From an uncultured Verrucomicrobiae bacterium (GTDB lineage: Bacteria; Verrucomicrobiota; Verrucomicrobiia; Limisphaerales; Palsa-1400): a DNA stretch of 64,000 nt. Positions 28,802 to 38,248 of the stretch are shown here, piece by piece. Location: NCBI GenBank assembly GCA_963764165.1, contig CAVXRD010000002.1, positions 32,001 through 96,000 of the forward strand. The letters are read 5' to 3'. Below the pieces are notes generated by a model. The model had not been told where the DNA came from. It did not search any database and saw only the letters and a list, made by a program, of their open reading frames with translations. Position numbers and translations under genes: made by a program. Every line of letters starts with the position of its first letter. Within the stretch, counting starts at the first letter, position 1.

Positions 28802-29146
28802 ATGAAACACCTAAAAGATTACACGGTTGCCGAATTGCGCCGAGCAATCGCCCTCAAGGAAAAGATCGAAAACCTTCAAGGTGAATTAGCCGCATTTGGA
28901 GACGGCCCTGAAACCGAGGTCCCCAAAACCGAAGGCAAGCGGCGCATGTCTGCTGCCGCTCGCAGGAAGATTGGTCTGGCGCAAAAGGCGCGCTGGGCGA
29001 AACAAAACGGAAAGGCGGGGGATAAGCCCGTATCCAAAAAGAGGCGAATGAGCGCGGCCAGCCGGGCGCGAATCGCGGCGGCGGCGAAGGCGCGATGGGC
29101 AAAAGTTCGAGAAGCTGGTGGCAACACCTTGGCCAAGGCAAGCTAG
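28802..29146 (+). CDS. Small basic histone-like putative nucleoid protein
   Basis: N-terminal coiled coil and two copies of KRRMSAA.R.(K/R)I..A.KARWAK. Confidence 0.75.
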   Translation: MKHLKDYTVAELRRAIALKEKIENLQGELAAFGDGPETEVPKTEGKRRMSAAARRKIGLAQKARWAKQNGKAGDKPVSKKRRMSAASRARIAAAAKARWAKVREAGGNTLAKAS

Positions 29147-32100
29147 ACTGCAACTCCGACTTCTGCGTTACGGTCTATTGAGGCACCGCTTCGTTGCGTT
29201 AAGTTCTCTGCTTGAGTATTTACTGATTCGCTCGATTCCGCAGTTGTCGTGTCCAGTTGATTGGAAGCCTGGTTTTTCGTCAAATCCAGCGCTTCGGTAA
29301 TGTCCTGCTGACGTTTCATCAGCCCCGCCAGTTTGTCGGCATACTCGAACGGCTGTTGCGTTTGCTCTTGCAAGCCAGCCATGCGCTTTTGGGTAGATTT
29401 AATATTTTCCTCCAGCTTCGCTGCCGCTTCATCCAAGTTTTGCACGGAATATTCCAACGAGCGCGTCATGCCTTGGGCCGTATTGGCCAAGCTGATGGTG
29501 TGAGAAGATGTTCCCCGAAGAATAATTTCTGGCCCGCGCATGTAACTGTCGGCCACCAGAATCTTGAATCCGACAAAGGAGCCGATTTCTCGCTGTGAAT
29601 TTGAACCGCGCATTTTCTCCGCGCAACGCAACATCAATTCTCCGGCGATGCCTCGGTCACGAATGGTTTCACCTTCGATGGTGATCGCAAATTTATCGCC
29701 GCGTGAATCCGCGCGGGCAGCGATATCCGCCCGCACATCGGTGAGGCTCTTTTCCAAACGCGGAATTTCATCTGTCAAATAACGAAGCTGATACTTCATC
29801 TTGTATTGAGACTGAACATGCTGGCTGTGCAGGCGGGTAAGCCGGGCAATTTCGGCATCGACACCCGCCTTTTCAATCACCATCGGATTGCCGGAAGCGA
29901 TGGCTTTAACCTCGGCATAGGTCAGGGCCGCTCCGTCCACATCTTCAATTCGTCGCAAATCACTCTCGCCCGTCATCACTTGGGCGATAAACTTGGCCTT
30001 AGTTTCGAGCGTTTGCCACATATAGGCATCGAATGATTCTTCGGTGACGTAGCGATAAATTTCAATTTCGGGATTAGTGTTTCCCTGGCGCAAGATGCGG
30101 CCTTCGCGCTGCTCGACGTCAGCAGGCCGCCAAGGCGCGTCCAAGTGATGCTCGGCGATCAGCCGTTCCTGCACATTCGTGCCTGCGCCCATTTTTTGAG
30201 TGCTGCCAAAGAGGATTCGCACTTTGCCGGCCCGGACATCGTGGAATAAGGCGCTTTTGGCGTTGTCAGCATCGTAATCCTGAATGAACGCGATTTCGGA
30301 TACGGGCACTCCTGCGCGGACAAGTTTGTCGCGCAAATTCTCATAGACTGAGAATCCTTTGCCGTTCGTCGGCGTGGACAAATCACAGAACACCAGTTGC
30401 GAACATTTCTTGTCTGCGGTTTGCCGCCAGACGCGCTCAATTTGCGCCGCCGCTTTGTTAACCTTGCTTTCTGGCACATCGGGCAGTTTGGGATCATAAA
30501 GCCGCAAATCCAAAGCCGCTTTACGCCCATCCGTCGTGACAAGCAGCATATTGTCCTCGCGAGGATCGACACGCCCGGTGCGTAAGGCTTCCGCTCGTTC
30601 CACTAAATCCTGGACGATGGCTTTTAATTGCGGTGAACAAGGGGCGCTGAGAACGATGGCTTTGCCCGTCTTGATTTCAGGGATGGGCAATTTCAACATC
30701 TTTTGCGTTTGAATGTCCGCGACCTGCCGAAATTGCTGCATGAGTTCAGGAACATTGATGAAACGGGCGAATCGGGTGTGCAGGCGATAGCCTGAACCGT
30801 CCGGTGACAGTTCCATCGCCGTGACAGGCTCGCCGAACGTCGCGGCCCAGGAATCAAAGTGGTCGATTTTTTGCGCTTTGAGCGCAGGCGTTTGGAGATA
30901 ACGCTGCATAGTGTACATCTCGGCCACGCTGTTGGCGATGGGGGTGCCGGTGGCAAAGATGACACCGCCTCCGCCATTGATTCGCTGAATATGCTGAACT
31001 TTCAGCAACATATCGAAGGCGCGTTGGGAGGCGGTGGCGGGCAAACCCGAAATGCGGGTCATTTTCGAGACGTAAAATAGATTCTTGAAATAATGCGCCT
31101 CATCGACGAACAGGCGATCCACGCCCAATTCTTCAAACGTCAAAACGTCGTCCTTTTTCTCGCCTGCCGATAACTCCTTTAATTTGGTTTCGAGTTTCTT
31201 CTTGGCCCGTTCCAATTCCTTGACGATACGAGAATTTTCCTGTTGCCGCTGCTCCTCGATAGCCAAGGCCAATTCGCGCAACTGGCTTTTGAAAAATTCC
31301 TCGGACGTTGCCTTAGCCACAGGAATCTTTTCAAAACAGGAATGAGTCACGATGACAGCATCCCAATTGCCGGTGGCAATGCGACTCATCAGAGTTTTTC
31401 GTTTCTGTTTTTCAAAATCATCCTTGGAAGCAACCAAAATGTTGGCGCCGGGATAAAGGGTCAATAGTTCAGAGGAGAACTGGCCGAGCATGTGATTCGG
31501 CACGGCGAACATTGGTTTACAGGCCAGTCCCAAGCGGCGAAATTCCATTGCCGCCGCCACCATCGTGTACGTTTTGCCCGCGCCAACAACATGGGCCAGC
31601 AAGGTGTTGGGCGTTTGCAGAATGCGCCAGACGCTGGCTTTTTGATGTGGGCGCAAGACCACGGAGGGGGATGCGCCTGGCAGCGTTAAATGTTCCCCGC
31701 TGAAAGTTCGCAAGCGGATGCAATTGAATTCGTCATTATATTTTCGGGCCAGCCGTTCGCGGCGTTCGTCATCCTGCCAAATCCATTCCTTGAAACGTTC
31801 TTTGATTTTCTCCTGCTTGTCGCGAGCTGCTTCGGTGGCGGACGGATTAAGAATGTCACGATTCTGTTCTCGATCATGATCGTAAATGGTCGGCGTGCGG
31901 AGATTAAGCGCATCTTCGAGCAAGTCCAAGGCGCTGCGCCGGTCGGTTCCCCATTCTGCCGTATTGGCGACACTGGTTTTGGCGTTCCATCCACCTTTCA
32001 CAACCCAAGAGCCGATTGTAGGGGCGAAGCTCACTTGGATGCCTCGCTCTCCCAAAAGTTCTTCGGTGAACTTTCTAATATCATCGGTCGGAATCCAAGT

Positions 32101-34317
32101 GCTGCCAAGACGGGCGTCAATTTCGGTGGCGGCGAGATCGGCGGGCTGCACCGCCTTTAGCGCTTCGACGTTTGGTTGATAGCGGGCGTCGGTCAGTGAT
32201 GCGGCTTCCGCCGTCTCCAATTTCGCCCGCACATTGCCCGAAAGATAATCGTCTTCGGTTTCCCAGCGGTCAGTTTGAGGATTGAAGAAAATCATTCCGT
32301 GCAAGTCCGGCAGAAATTCGGATGATGGCCGATGAAGGAGCCCGCTCAGATAATCGAGATCGACCATCCCTCGCTCATTAAGTGTCAAGAGCAGCCCGGT
32401 TTTGGCGTCCGGCGCAGTTTGAGGAGCTTGGACACGCTGAATCGTGCGCTCGCGAAAAATTGCCGCTTTGGAAGCCGTCTTGGTGTCTTCGTCGTAATGC
32501 TCCAAGGAAAGCAAGAGAGGTAAATCCGGGTCGCCACGAAAAGCAGAAGTATTCGCTCGCGCCGAAATCGGCCCGTAACGACTGACAAATGAATCGTAGG
32601 CTTGATTGAGTTGGGCGCGGGCGGCGATTACTGCCGCTTCATCGTGGCCTTCCAATTGTGAACCCAAGCACCTTCGGACTGCATCGCGCACTTGGATGAG
32701 CTTCCGAATACGCTGTTTGGTGTTGCTGCTTAAATCTCCAAGCGCCCGCACAGTGTCCTCCTCCCGCACGCAGACTTCCCCTTGAACAATGCAATAGGCA
32801 TTGGGTTTGATTTCGTCCGGGGCGGGAAACTTCTGGTTTGACTCAACTGTCAGGGGATTAGATTGCCGCGCGGTGAAAACGTTGGCTGGCAGACGCAAAA
32901 TGGTGGTCCGAAGTTGTTCGGCTAGGTCTCGTCCATTATCCTCAAGGGTGGGTTCGCCGCGTTGATACATTCTGCCTGCCAGCCGCATTTCACCCAGCAT
33001 CATTTCCGGCCGCGCAACGAAATACTCATTTACGGCAATGGATTCTTCCAAGGAATTTGTGATGTTCGCGACCTCCCGCCATGCTGCGTCTTGCGGAATT
33101 TCGCCGCGGAATCGTTTGCGCAACATGATAATGTCTGTAGTAACCTCGGTATTGGCATTCTGTTTGAAAGCGGTGTTGGGGAGCCGGATGGCTCCGAGCA
33201 GGTCGGCCTGTTGCGCGACATATTCGCGCAATGCGCCGTCGAGCTTGTCCATCGTTCCCTTGGAAGTCACAAATAAAATCAGTCCCCCTGGACGCACTTT
33301 TTCGAGGGAATTGGCGAAGAAATAATCGTGAATGACGAAATTCCATTTCTTGAAGCGAGGGTCAAAGGGCTTGTAATCGCCGAAGGGGATATTGGAAATC
33401 GCGACATCGTAGAAATTATCGGCGAGTTTGCTTTCTTCAAAGGGCTGATGCCGAACGTCGGCATCTGGATAAAGTGCTTTCGCCAATCGCGCAGTGACCA
33501 AATCAATCTCGATGCCCGTGATTTGAGAGCGGCCCGCCATTGCCGTGGGCATCAGTCCGATGAAATGGCCTAGACCACATGCTGGCTCAAGGATTTTGCC
33601 ATTTTCAAATCCGAAGCGAGCCAAAGTGTCGTACATGGCCCGAATGACAACCGGCGAAGTATAATGAGCATTGAGGGTGCTGGCGCGGGCCGATTCCAAT
33701 TCGTCCTCCGTCAACAACTTTTCTAACTGCTGGCGTTCCTTGGCCCATTCTTCGTTGCGAGGATCGAAAGGCTGAGGCAGTCCGCCCCAACCCACATAGC
33801 GGACAAGAATTCGTTTTTCGTCGGTGGCGGCTGAACGGTTATCCTTCTCGATTTGTTTGAGAAGGTCGATGGCCGCAAGATTATGGCGGCATTTCTGGCG
33901 AAGGGAACCAACGCCTAGTTTGTCGGCCTCAGTAATGCGATAATTGTTCTGATTGCGAGGGGCTTCTTCGTCCGGGATGGGAACTAATTTTCCGTTTCTT
34001 CCGGTGGGAGCAGGATGTACCGCTCCCTCACTATTTCCCACGCTGAGTCGTGGGCTTGCTGCGGTGTCCATCTTTGTTGAATCAACCGGCGACGAATCTG
34101 GTCGATTTCCGCTTCCGTCTGGTCCTCCGCTTGCTTCAAGGCTTGGTAAAGGGTTCCCTGGCTTTCCATTTCCGTCACCATTTTGGGACGGAACTCGCGC
34201 CAATGTTTCTCGGCCATTCGGCCGTACTGGGTTAATAGTGGTGGAGAGGTTTGCGTCATAACCAAATAAATTCAGTTGGTTGTCGTCATTGCGTGCTTTG
34301 GCGCGTTTTACTGCCAT
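29143..34317 (-). CDS. DarB-like N6-adenine methyltransferase / SNF2 helicase fusion
   Basis: YVGWGGL, LEPACGLGHF, NIPFG, HVVGAGKT, VDEAH, TGTPIANS, GTNVQ, EQREGRILRQGN. Confidence 0.93.
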   Translation of the reverse strand: MAVKRAKARNDDNQLNLFGYDANLSTTINPVRPNGRETLARVPSQNGDGNGKPGNPLPSLEASGGPDGSGNRPDSSPVDSTKMDTAASPRLSVGNSEGAVHPAPTGRNGKLVPIPDEEAPRNQNNYRITEADKLGVGSLRQKCRHNLAAIDLLKQIEKDNRSAATDEKRILVRYVGWGGLPQPFDPRNEEWAKERQQLEKLLTEDELESARASTLNAHYTSPVVIRAMYDTLARFGFENGKILEPACGLGHFIGLMPTAMAGRSQITGIEIDLVTARLAKALYPDADVRHQPFEESKLADNFYDVAISNIPFGDYKPFDPRFKKWNFVIHDYFFANSLEKVRPGGLILFVTSKGTMDKLDGALREYVAQQADLLGAIRLPNTAFKQNANTEVTTDIIMLRKRFRGEIPQDAAWREVANITNSLEESIAVNEYFVARPEMMLGEMRLAGRMYQRGEPTLEDNGRDLAEQLRTTILRLPANVFTARQSNPLTVESNQKFPAPDEIKPNAYCIVQGEVCVREEDTVRALGDLSSNTKQRIRKLIQVRDAVRRCLGSQLEGHDEAAVIAARAQLNQAYDSFVSRYGPISARANTSAFRGDPDLPLLLSLEHYDEDTKTASKAAIFRERTIQRVQAPQTAPDAKTGLLLTLNERGMVDLDYLSGLLHRPSSEFLPDLHGMIFFNPQTDRWETEDDYLSGNVRAKLETAEAASLTDARYQPNVEALKAVQPADLAATEIDARLGSTWIPTDDIRKFTEELLGERGIQVSFAPTIGSWVVKGGWNAKTSVANTAEWGTDRRSALDLLEDALNLRTPTIYDHDREQNRDILNPSATEAARDKQEKIKERFKEWIWQDDERRERLARKYNDEFNCIRLRTFSGEHLTLPGASPSVVLRPHQKASVWRILQTPNTLLAHVVGAGKTYTMVAAAMEFRRLGLACKPMFAVPNHMLGQFSSELLTLYPGANILVASKDDFEKQKRKTLMSRIATGNWDAVIVTHSCFEKIPVAKATSEEFFKSQLRELALAIEEQRQQENSRIVKELERAKKKLETKLKELSAGEKKDDVLTFEELGVDRLFVDEAHYFKNLFYVSKMTRISGLPATASQRAFDMLLKVQHIQRINGGGGVIFATGTPIANSVAEMYTMQRYLQTPALKAQKIDHFDSWAATFGEPVTAMELSPDGSGYRLHTRFARFINVPELMQQFRQVADIQTQKMLKLPIPEIKTGKAIVLSAPCSPQLKAIVQDLVERAEALRTGRVDPREDNMLLVTTDGRKAALDLRLYDPKLPDVPESKVNKAAAQIERVWRQTADKKCSQLVFCDLSTPTNGKGFSVYENLRDKLVRAGVPVSEIAFIQDYDADNAKSALFHDVRAGKVRILFGSTQKMGAGTNVQERLIAEHHLDAPWRPADVEQREGRILRQGNTNPEIEIYRYVTEESFDAYMWQTLETKAKFIAQVMTGESDLRRIEDVDGAALTYAEVKAIASGNPMVIEKAGVDAEIARLTRLHSQHVQSQYKMKYQLRYLTDEIPRLEKSLTDVRADIAARADSRGDKFAITIEGETIRDRGIAGELMLRCAEKMRGSNSQREIGSFVGFKILVADSYMRGPEIILRGTSSHTISLANTAQGMTRSLEYSVQNLDEAAAKLEENIKSTQKRMAGLQEQTQQPFEYADKLAGLMKRQQDITEALDLTKNQASNQLDTTTAESSESVNTQAENLTQRSGASIDRNAEVGVAV
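33984..34259 (-). CDS. TnpV-like protein nested in another frame of the helicase 5' end
   Basis: LTQYGRMAEKHWREFRPKMVTEMESQGTL...AWEIVRERYILLP resembles the TnpV pattern. Confidence 0.72.
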   Translation of the reverse strand: MTQTSPPLLTQYGRMAEKHWREFRPKMVTEMESQGTLYQALKQAEDQTEAEIDQIRRRLIQQRWTPQQAHDSAWEIVRERYILLPPEETEN

Positions 34318-34350
34318 AGCAAATCTAGTTCAAAAGTTGATGATTGCCAA

Positions 34351-34388
34351 CCAGGATGACCGGGCCAATCGCGGCCCGGTCATCCGGG
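34351..34388. other. Perfect 13-bp GC-rich hairpin inside the tra operon
   Basis: GGATGACCGGGCC-aatcgc-GGCCCGGTCATCC at 34354-34385. Confidence 0.7.
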
Positions 34389-34402
34389 TCGATGAGGTGG
34401 AT

Positions 34403-34807
34403 TCAAGCGGCGACGCCAACTCCTTCCGACTTGGCCTGTTGCGGGCGAGTGACACGAGCGGTGTTGCGCATATTTTGCCGCTCCAGCGAAATCATGGCTT
34501 CCTGCCGTTCGCTTTCGGGCAAATGCCGGACCATCGTTTCCAAGGCCCGCTTCTTTTCTGGGTCTTCATTGATCTTGCGCCAGATGCCGGCATCGAGCTT
34601 TTCGCCTCGCTCGATTTTCTGCACTTCATGCAGCGCCAGCGCCCTCTCCAGCCGCTCACGCGGCAACTTCTGGATATAGGCCCAATGCTTGTCGTTGTTC
34701 TTGATCCAGTCATCAATCTTGGCATTGACGCGGGGATTATCGCGATGGGCTTCGGCGGGGTCGCCGTCGCCACCGGTCGCTACCTGTCGTATTTTACCTT
34801 TGAGCAT
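34403..34807 (-). CDS. Hypothetical ICE protein (charged, helical)
   Basis: 134 aa; AAAGGAG RBS; co-oriented with the tra operon. Confidence 0.7.
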   Translation of the reverse strand: MLKGKIRQVATGGDGDPAEAHRDNPRVNAKIDDWIKNNDKHWAYIQKLPRERLERALALHEVQKIERGEKLDAGIWRKINEDPEKKRALETMVRHLPESERQEAMISLERQNMRNTARVTRPQQAKSEGVGVAA

Positions 34808-34858
34808 AATGCTCCTTTCGTTTGTGTTTTTGTTGATAGGTGGTTTGGGAGAAGATCT

Positions 34859-35440
34859 TCACCAGTTCGAGTTATCGTTGGTTGAAGGAACAGCGGTGGG
34901 AACGGGCTGTTCGCGGAGTTGTTTTTCCAAGAGTTCGATGCGCCGGGTATTATCTTCATTTTGCTGTTTTACCTGGGCGCTTTGGATTGCCGTTTGTTGA
35001 GTTGCCGCGACAACGCCGGAAAGTTTTCCCAGCGTTTGATCGAGGTGTTGCTGCTCTGAAATAACGGTTTGGGTGAGGCTCCGCTGTCGGTTGATCTCAG
35101 AAATAATCTCCGCGTTGACTGGCGGGTTACGATGCGCGGAATCGACAATGCCGACCGCTGGCCCCATTGCCACGCCAACCGGCGCGTTTGGATGGAGGTT
35201 CCACTTGGCGGTCGTCTCAACTCGATAAACTGTGTGGCGCTCGTGCATGACGAGCGGATTATCCGGCTCGACATAACGGCCAATGGTGTAGGCTTTGAGA
35301 TTTTCACCATAGCGAACGGACTCGGCTTCATCCGATGGGATAACCGTGCCCGGAACGTCATGATTCATGTGAACGACAACAGGTTTTTTGCTGGCGCAAC
35401 CGGCCAGCACCAATAGAGAGATTACGATGGAGTATTTCAT
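34859..35440 (-). CDS. T4SS-associated lipoprotein
   Basis: Lipobox LAGC; C-terminal coiled coil; overlaps the virB10 stop. Confidence 0.75.
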   Translation of the reverse strand: MKYSIVISLLVLAGCASKKPVVVHMNHDVPGTVIPSDEAESVRYGENLKAYTIGRYVEPDNPLVMHERHTVYRVETTAKWNLHPNAPVGVAMGPAVGIVDSAHRNPPVNAEIISEINRQRSLTQTVISEQQHLDQTLGKLSGVVAATQQTAIQSAQVKQQNEDNTRRIELLEKQLREQPVPTAVPSTNDNSNW

Positions 35441-36495
35441 GGCAAGACAGGTGTGAAATGGGGCGGACGTGGATATGGCATAAATTGGGGAGGAGGATTT
35501 TCAACGAAATCATTCGTTTCTGGCGGCTGAAATCGGGTGCCGCCAATCATGGCATCGCTTTGGTCTATTGTTTGGGTCACGTAGAGATAGAACTGCTTTC
35601 CCGCCGGAACCCGGACATAAAATCCGTCGCGTTCAATGGAATTGAGAATTTGCTGAGAATAAGTGCCAAGCACGCTCTCGGCTCCGGCGAGAGAACCATT
35701 TTGTACGGTTTCGGTCGCAATTGGCCCGAGAACCGTATTTTGGCGTTCAGTTAAAGCTCCGGCGGCTCCGCTCAAAAATGCGGAGGCAAAGAGTTTGATT
35801 TCGGCCAAACTGTCCGACTTGATGATGCGCCCGCGTAATCCGGCGCTTCCGTCCGTGATGCCCCAACCGCTGCCATTGGGGTCTTGCTCACGATCCAGGG
35901 CAACGCCATGAAGGCTCAATTCCTCGCCATCGTGCCAAACCAATGTCCAGTGATTGCCGCTGGCGATGCGCTCGCGCGTGGTGTCCGTTTGCGCTGTCCC
36001 ATGCACTTCCGTACCAGCCGGAATAACCAAGCGGCCCGCGTGATAAACGTCTTCGGTGACAAGGCCGATAATGGGAGTCTTCATTTTGGCCGAATCCACC
36101 GTCACAACCAATTCGCATGGAATCAATCGGCCATAGGGCGCGTAGTGCTTGCTCAATGGTTTGACTTTCGCCTCCGATGCAGGCGGTTCGACATAAAGAC
36201 TAATCGGCAGACGATCTGGTTTGACGGCGTTCGTGACCGGTGCAGTGGCCGCAATTGGCGAATGTTCGGAATGAAATTGAGGTGGAGGGAAATGCAAAGG
36301 AGCAGAATTCCCCTCCACCGTCTGCACAGTCTGAGACTGCGCAGAATTTTTCGATGGCGGATCGGGCGGTGGTTGGTCGGCCTTGGCCTTCTTAAATCCC
36401 GAGACCAAGGCCAGAATGACGATACCCGCCCCGCAAAAGCCGGTGATTTTGCCGGTAGGACTTTTTATGAAATTGATGGCATCGCGAGCATTCAT
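35437..36495 (-). CDS. virB10: VirB10/TrbI-like protein
   Basis: N-terminal TM, Pro-rich linker, GRLIPCELV...IPAGTEVHG...DGSAGLRG...VRVPAGKQFYLYV. Confidence 0.85.
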   Translation of the reverse strand: MNARDAINFIKSPTGKITGFCGAGIVILALVSGFKKAKADQPPPDPPSKNSAQSQTVQTVEGNSAPLHFPPPQFHSEHSPIAATAPVTNAVKPDRLPISLYVEPPASEAKVKPLSKHYAPYGRLIPCELVVTVDSAKMKTPIIGLVTEDVYHAGRLVIPAGTEVHGTAQTDTTRERIASGNHWTLVWHDGEELSLHGVALDREQDPNGSGWGITDGSAGLRGRIIKSDSLAEIKLFASAFLSGAAGALTERQNTVLGPIATETVQNGSLAGAESVLGTYSQQILNSIERDGFYVRVPAGKQFYLYVTQTIDQSDAMIGGTRFQPPETNDFVENPPPQFMPYPRPPHFTPVLP

Positions 36496-37388
36496 GGCTT
36501 GTTCGTATTGACGTTGGGAACAATTATCGGGGGAGTTGATTGGGCCACATGCAGGGCGGGATTGGCTTGGAGCACAACAATGAAATCGTTCTTGAGCGAC
36601 AGATCATTGCGCCCTCCGTCAGGAGTGCCGGTGACTGCGAAATAAGCGGGAGTTTCGCCCTTGGGCGGAATCATCCCGCTCGCATCACTAATGGAAGAAA
36701 AATAAGTGCGCTCCCCTGCACGCAATGAAAATCCGTCTGGCGCATAAGCCAAAGGTTGATCGGTTTTGTTCCGCAGCCGGACATGAAAGATCAACGTATC
36801 CTCGGCATCGAATCGGAACACTTCATCCAACTGCACTTCATAATCATGATAATCCATGATGCGGGGCGCTTTTTCGTAGGAGTGGTATTCCACGTCCAGG
36901 ATGGATTCCGGATGGTATGCTTTGAGCAATGGATAGCCTTTGGCTTTGTCAAGCAAGGCAAGCAAACGATGAGGCGAGACGCTGGGTTGCTCCATGTGAT
37001 CGACCGGCTCGGGCGGCAAATTGAAAATGACGGAATAGAGAGGCGAAGAATTTTCAACCAATTCCACCACATAGGTTTTGCCGTTCCACCGAATATTCAG
37101 ATTGGTCGCGGCTTTTTTCGCTAGGGCCCGGATGGACAGGAAGGCCGTGCCGGGGGAATGGGCAATTTGAAATTCCGCGGGCGTTTTGTTGTCCGCTGTA
37201 ACTTGGGCGGCATCAATGGCCGAGATTGGACCCGGAAAACTGATGGTCGTCACGCGGTCCTGCGAAACGGAGATGGTGAACACTGTCCGTTCATCCAAGG
37301 TGAATTCCTTGATCGCATCGCTGGCGGCAAGAACGCTGCCCGCCACGATTGCGCCAAGCCAAATGAGAATTTTAGTGCTGCATTTCAT
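36492..37388 (-). CDS. VirB9/TraK(F)-like core-complex protein
   Basis: Signal peptide, 'VTTISFP' N-domain, position between the VirB8-like and VirB10-like genes. Confidence 0.6.
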   Translation of the reverse strand: MKCSTKILIWLGAIVAGSVLAASDAIKEFTLDERTVFTISVSQDRVTTISFPGPISAIDAAQVTADNKTPAEFQIAHSPGTAFLSIRALAKKAATNLNIRWNGKTYVVELVENSSPLYSVIFNLPPEPVDHMEQPSVSPHRLLALLDKAKGYPLLKAYHPESILDVEYHSYEKAPRIMDYHDYEVQLDEVFRFDAEDTLIFHVRLRNKTDQPLAYAPDGFSLRAGERTYFSSISDASGMIPPKGETPAYFAVTGTPDGGRNDLSLKNDFIVVLQANPALHVAQSTPPIIVPNVNTNKP

Positions 37389-38031
37389 ATTTGTAATCGA
37401 GGACGGCAGTCGGAAACCGCCCGTTTAAGGCCATGTTGGGATTGCGCTGCAATTTGAGCGACAGTTTGAATGGGACGGCTTCGGAGAATGCTTTGCCGTC
37501 GAATATGCCGTTTCGTACGAGCTGCCCAAACACTTGGGTGAGGACAAAATCTTCGCGGGTTTGGAGAATGTCAATATGGTCCACTTCCGCTTTTTGGTGG
37601 AGATCTTTGGCCTTGAATTCCGGTTCTTCGGAGTAGCATTCGGTGGTGGCCTTTTCCCAAGCGCGCTTCAAGAACATCTGTTTGAGCAATTCGGGATGAT
37701 CGAAGCCTTTGGGATTGCGTTGCAAGAAGGCGATGGTTGCCAATGAACTTTGCTGCGCGTGCAACTGTTTGGCTTCGGGAAACGAAAGCAAGGGGGCCTG
37801 ATAATAAGTGCCGCTTGGGTCGATGATGACGACGCGCTCGCGCTCCTTGAAACTCTTGACCAGATAAATCCGCTCCACCGCTGCGCCGACGATGACCAGT
37901 ATCGCGACCCCAAACCAAAACCAAGTAAGGCGGTCGCGCTGCACAAAAATGCGGGTCGGGTCGGAATGCTTTTGCGCAGTTGGAACGTGGCCGTTATGCG
38001 GGACGGTTTCGCGAAGCGTAGGCGTGTTCAT
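37372..38031 (-). CDS. VirB8/TraE-like bitopic protein
   Basis: Single TM followed by VVIIDP and an NTF2-sized periplasmic domain ending NGRFPTAVLDY. Confidence 0.6.
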   Translation of the reverse strand: MNTPTLRETVPHNGHVPTAQKHSDPTRIFVQRDRLTWFWFGVAILVIVGAAVERIYLVKSFKERERVVIIDPSGTYYQAPLLSFPEAKQLHAQQSSLATIAFLQRNPKGFDHPELLKQMFLKRAWEKATTECYSEEPEFKAKDLHQKAEVDHIDILQTREDFVLTQVFGQLVRNGIFDGKAFSEAVPFKLSLKLQRNPNMALNGRFPTAVLDYKYEMQH

Positions 38032-38035
38032 AAAT

Positions 38036-38248
38036 TCAATGATTGGTTTTGGAAAGCGGGTTGGTGGTTTGGCCATCGGGAAAAACTGGCGTCGAAGTAT
38101 CCAGTTTGAACGTCTTTTGATAATTGCTCATGGCGTTGGGCAATTCATTTTCAACGCCGGAAGTGGCATGACGGCGGACGCCGATGATCGCGACTAGCCC
38201 GATGACGACGACGACAATGCCGCCGAAATAAATCAGTTTTCGTTTCAT
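38036..38248 (-). CDS. Small membrane protein in tra operon
   Basis: 70 aa, N-terminal TM, overlaps the trbJ stop. Confidence 0.6.
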   Translation of the reverse strand: MKRKLIYFGGIVVVVIGLVAIIGVRRHATSGVENELPNAMSNYQKTFKLDTSTPVFPDGQTTNPLSKTNH

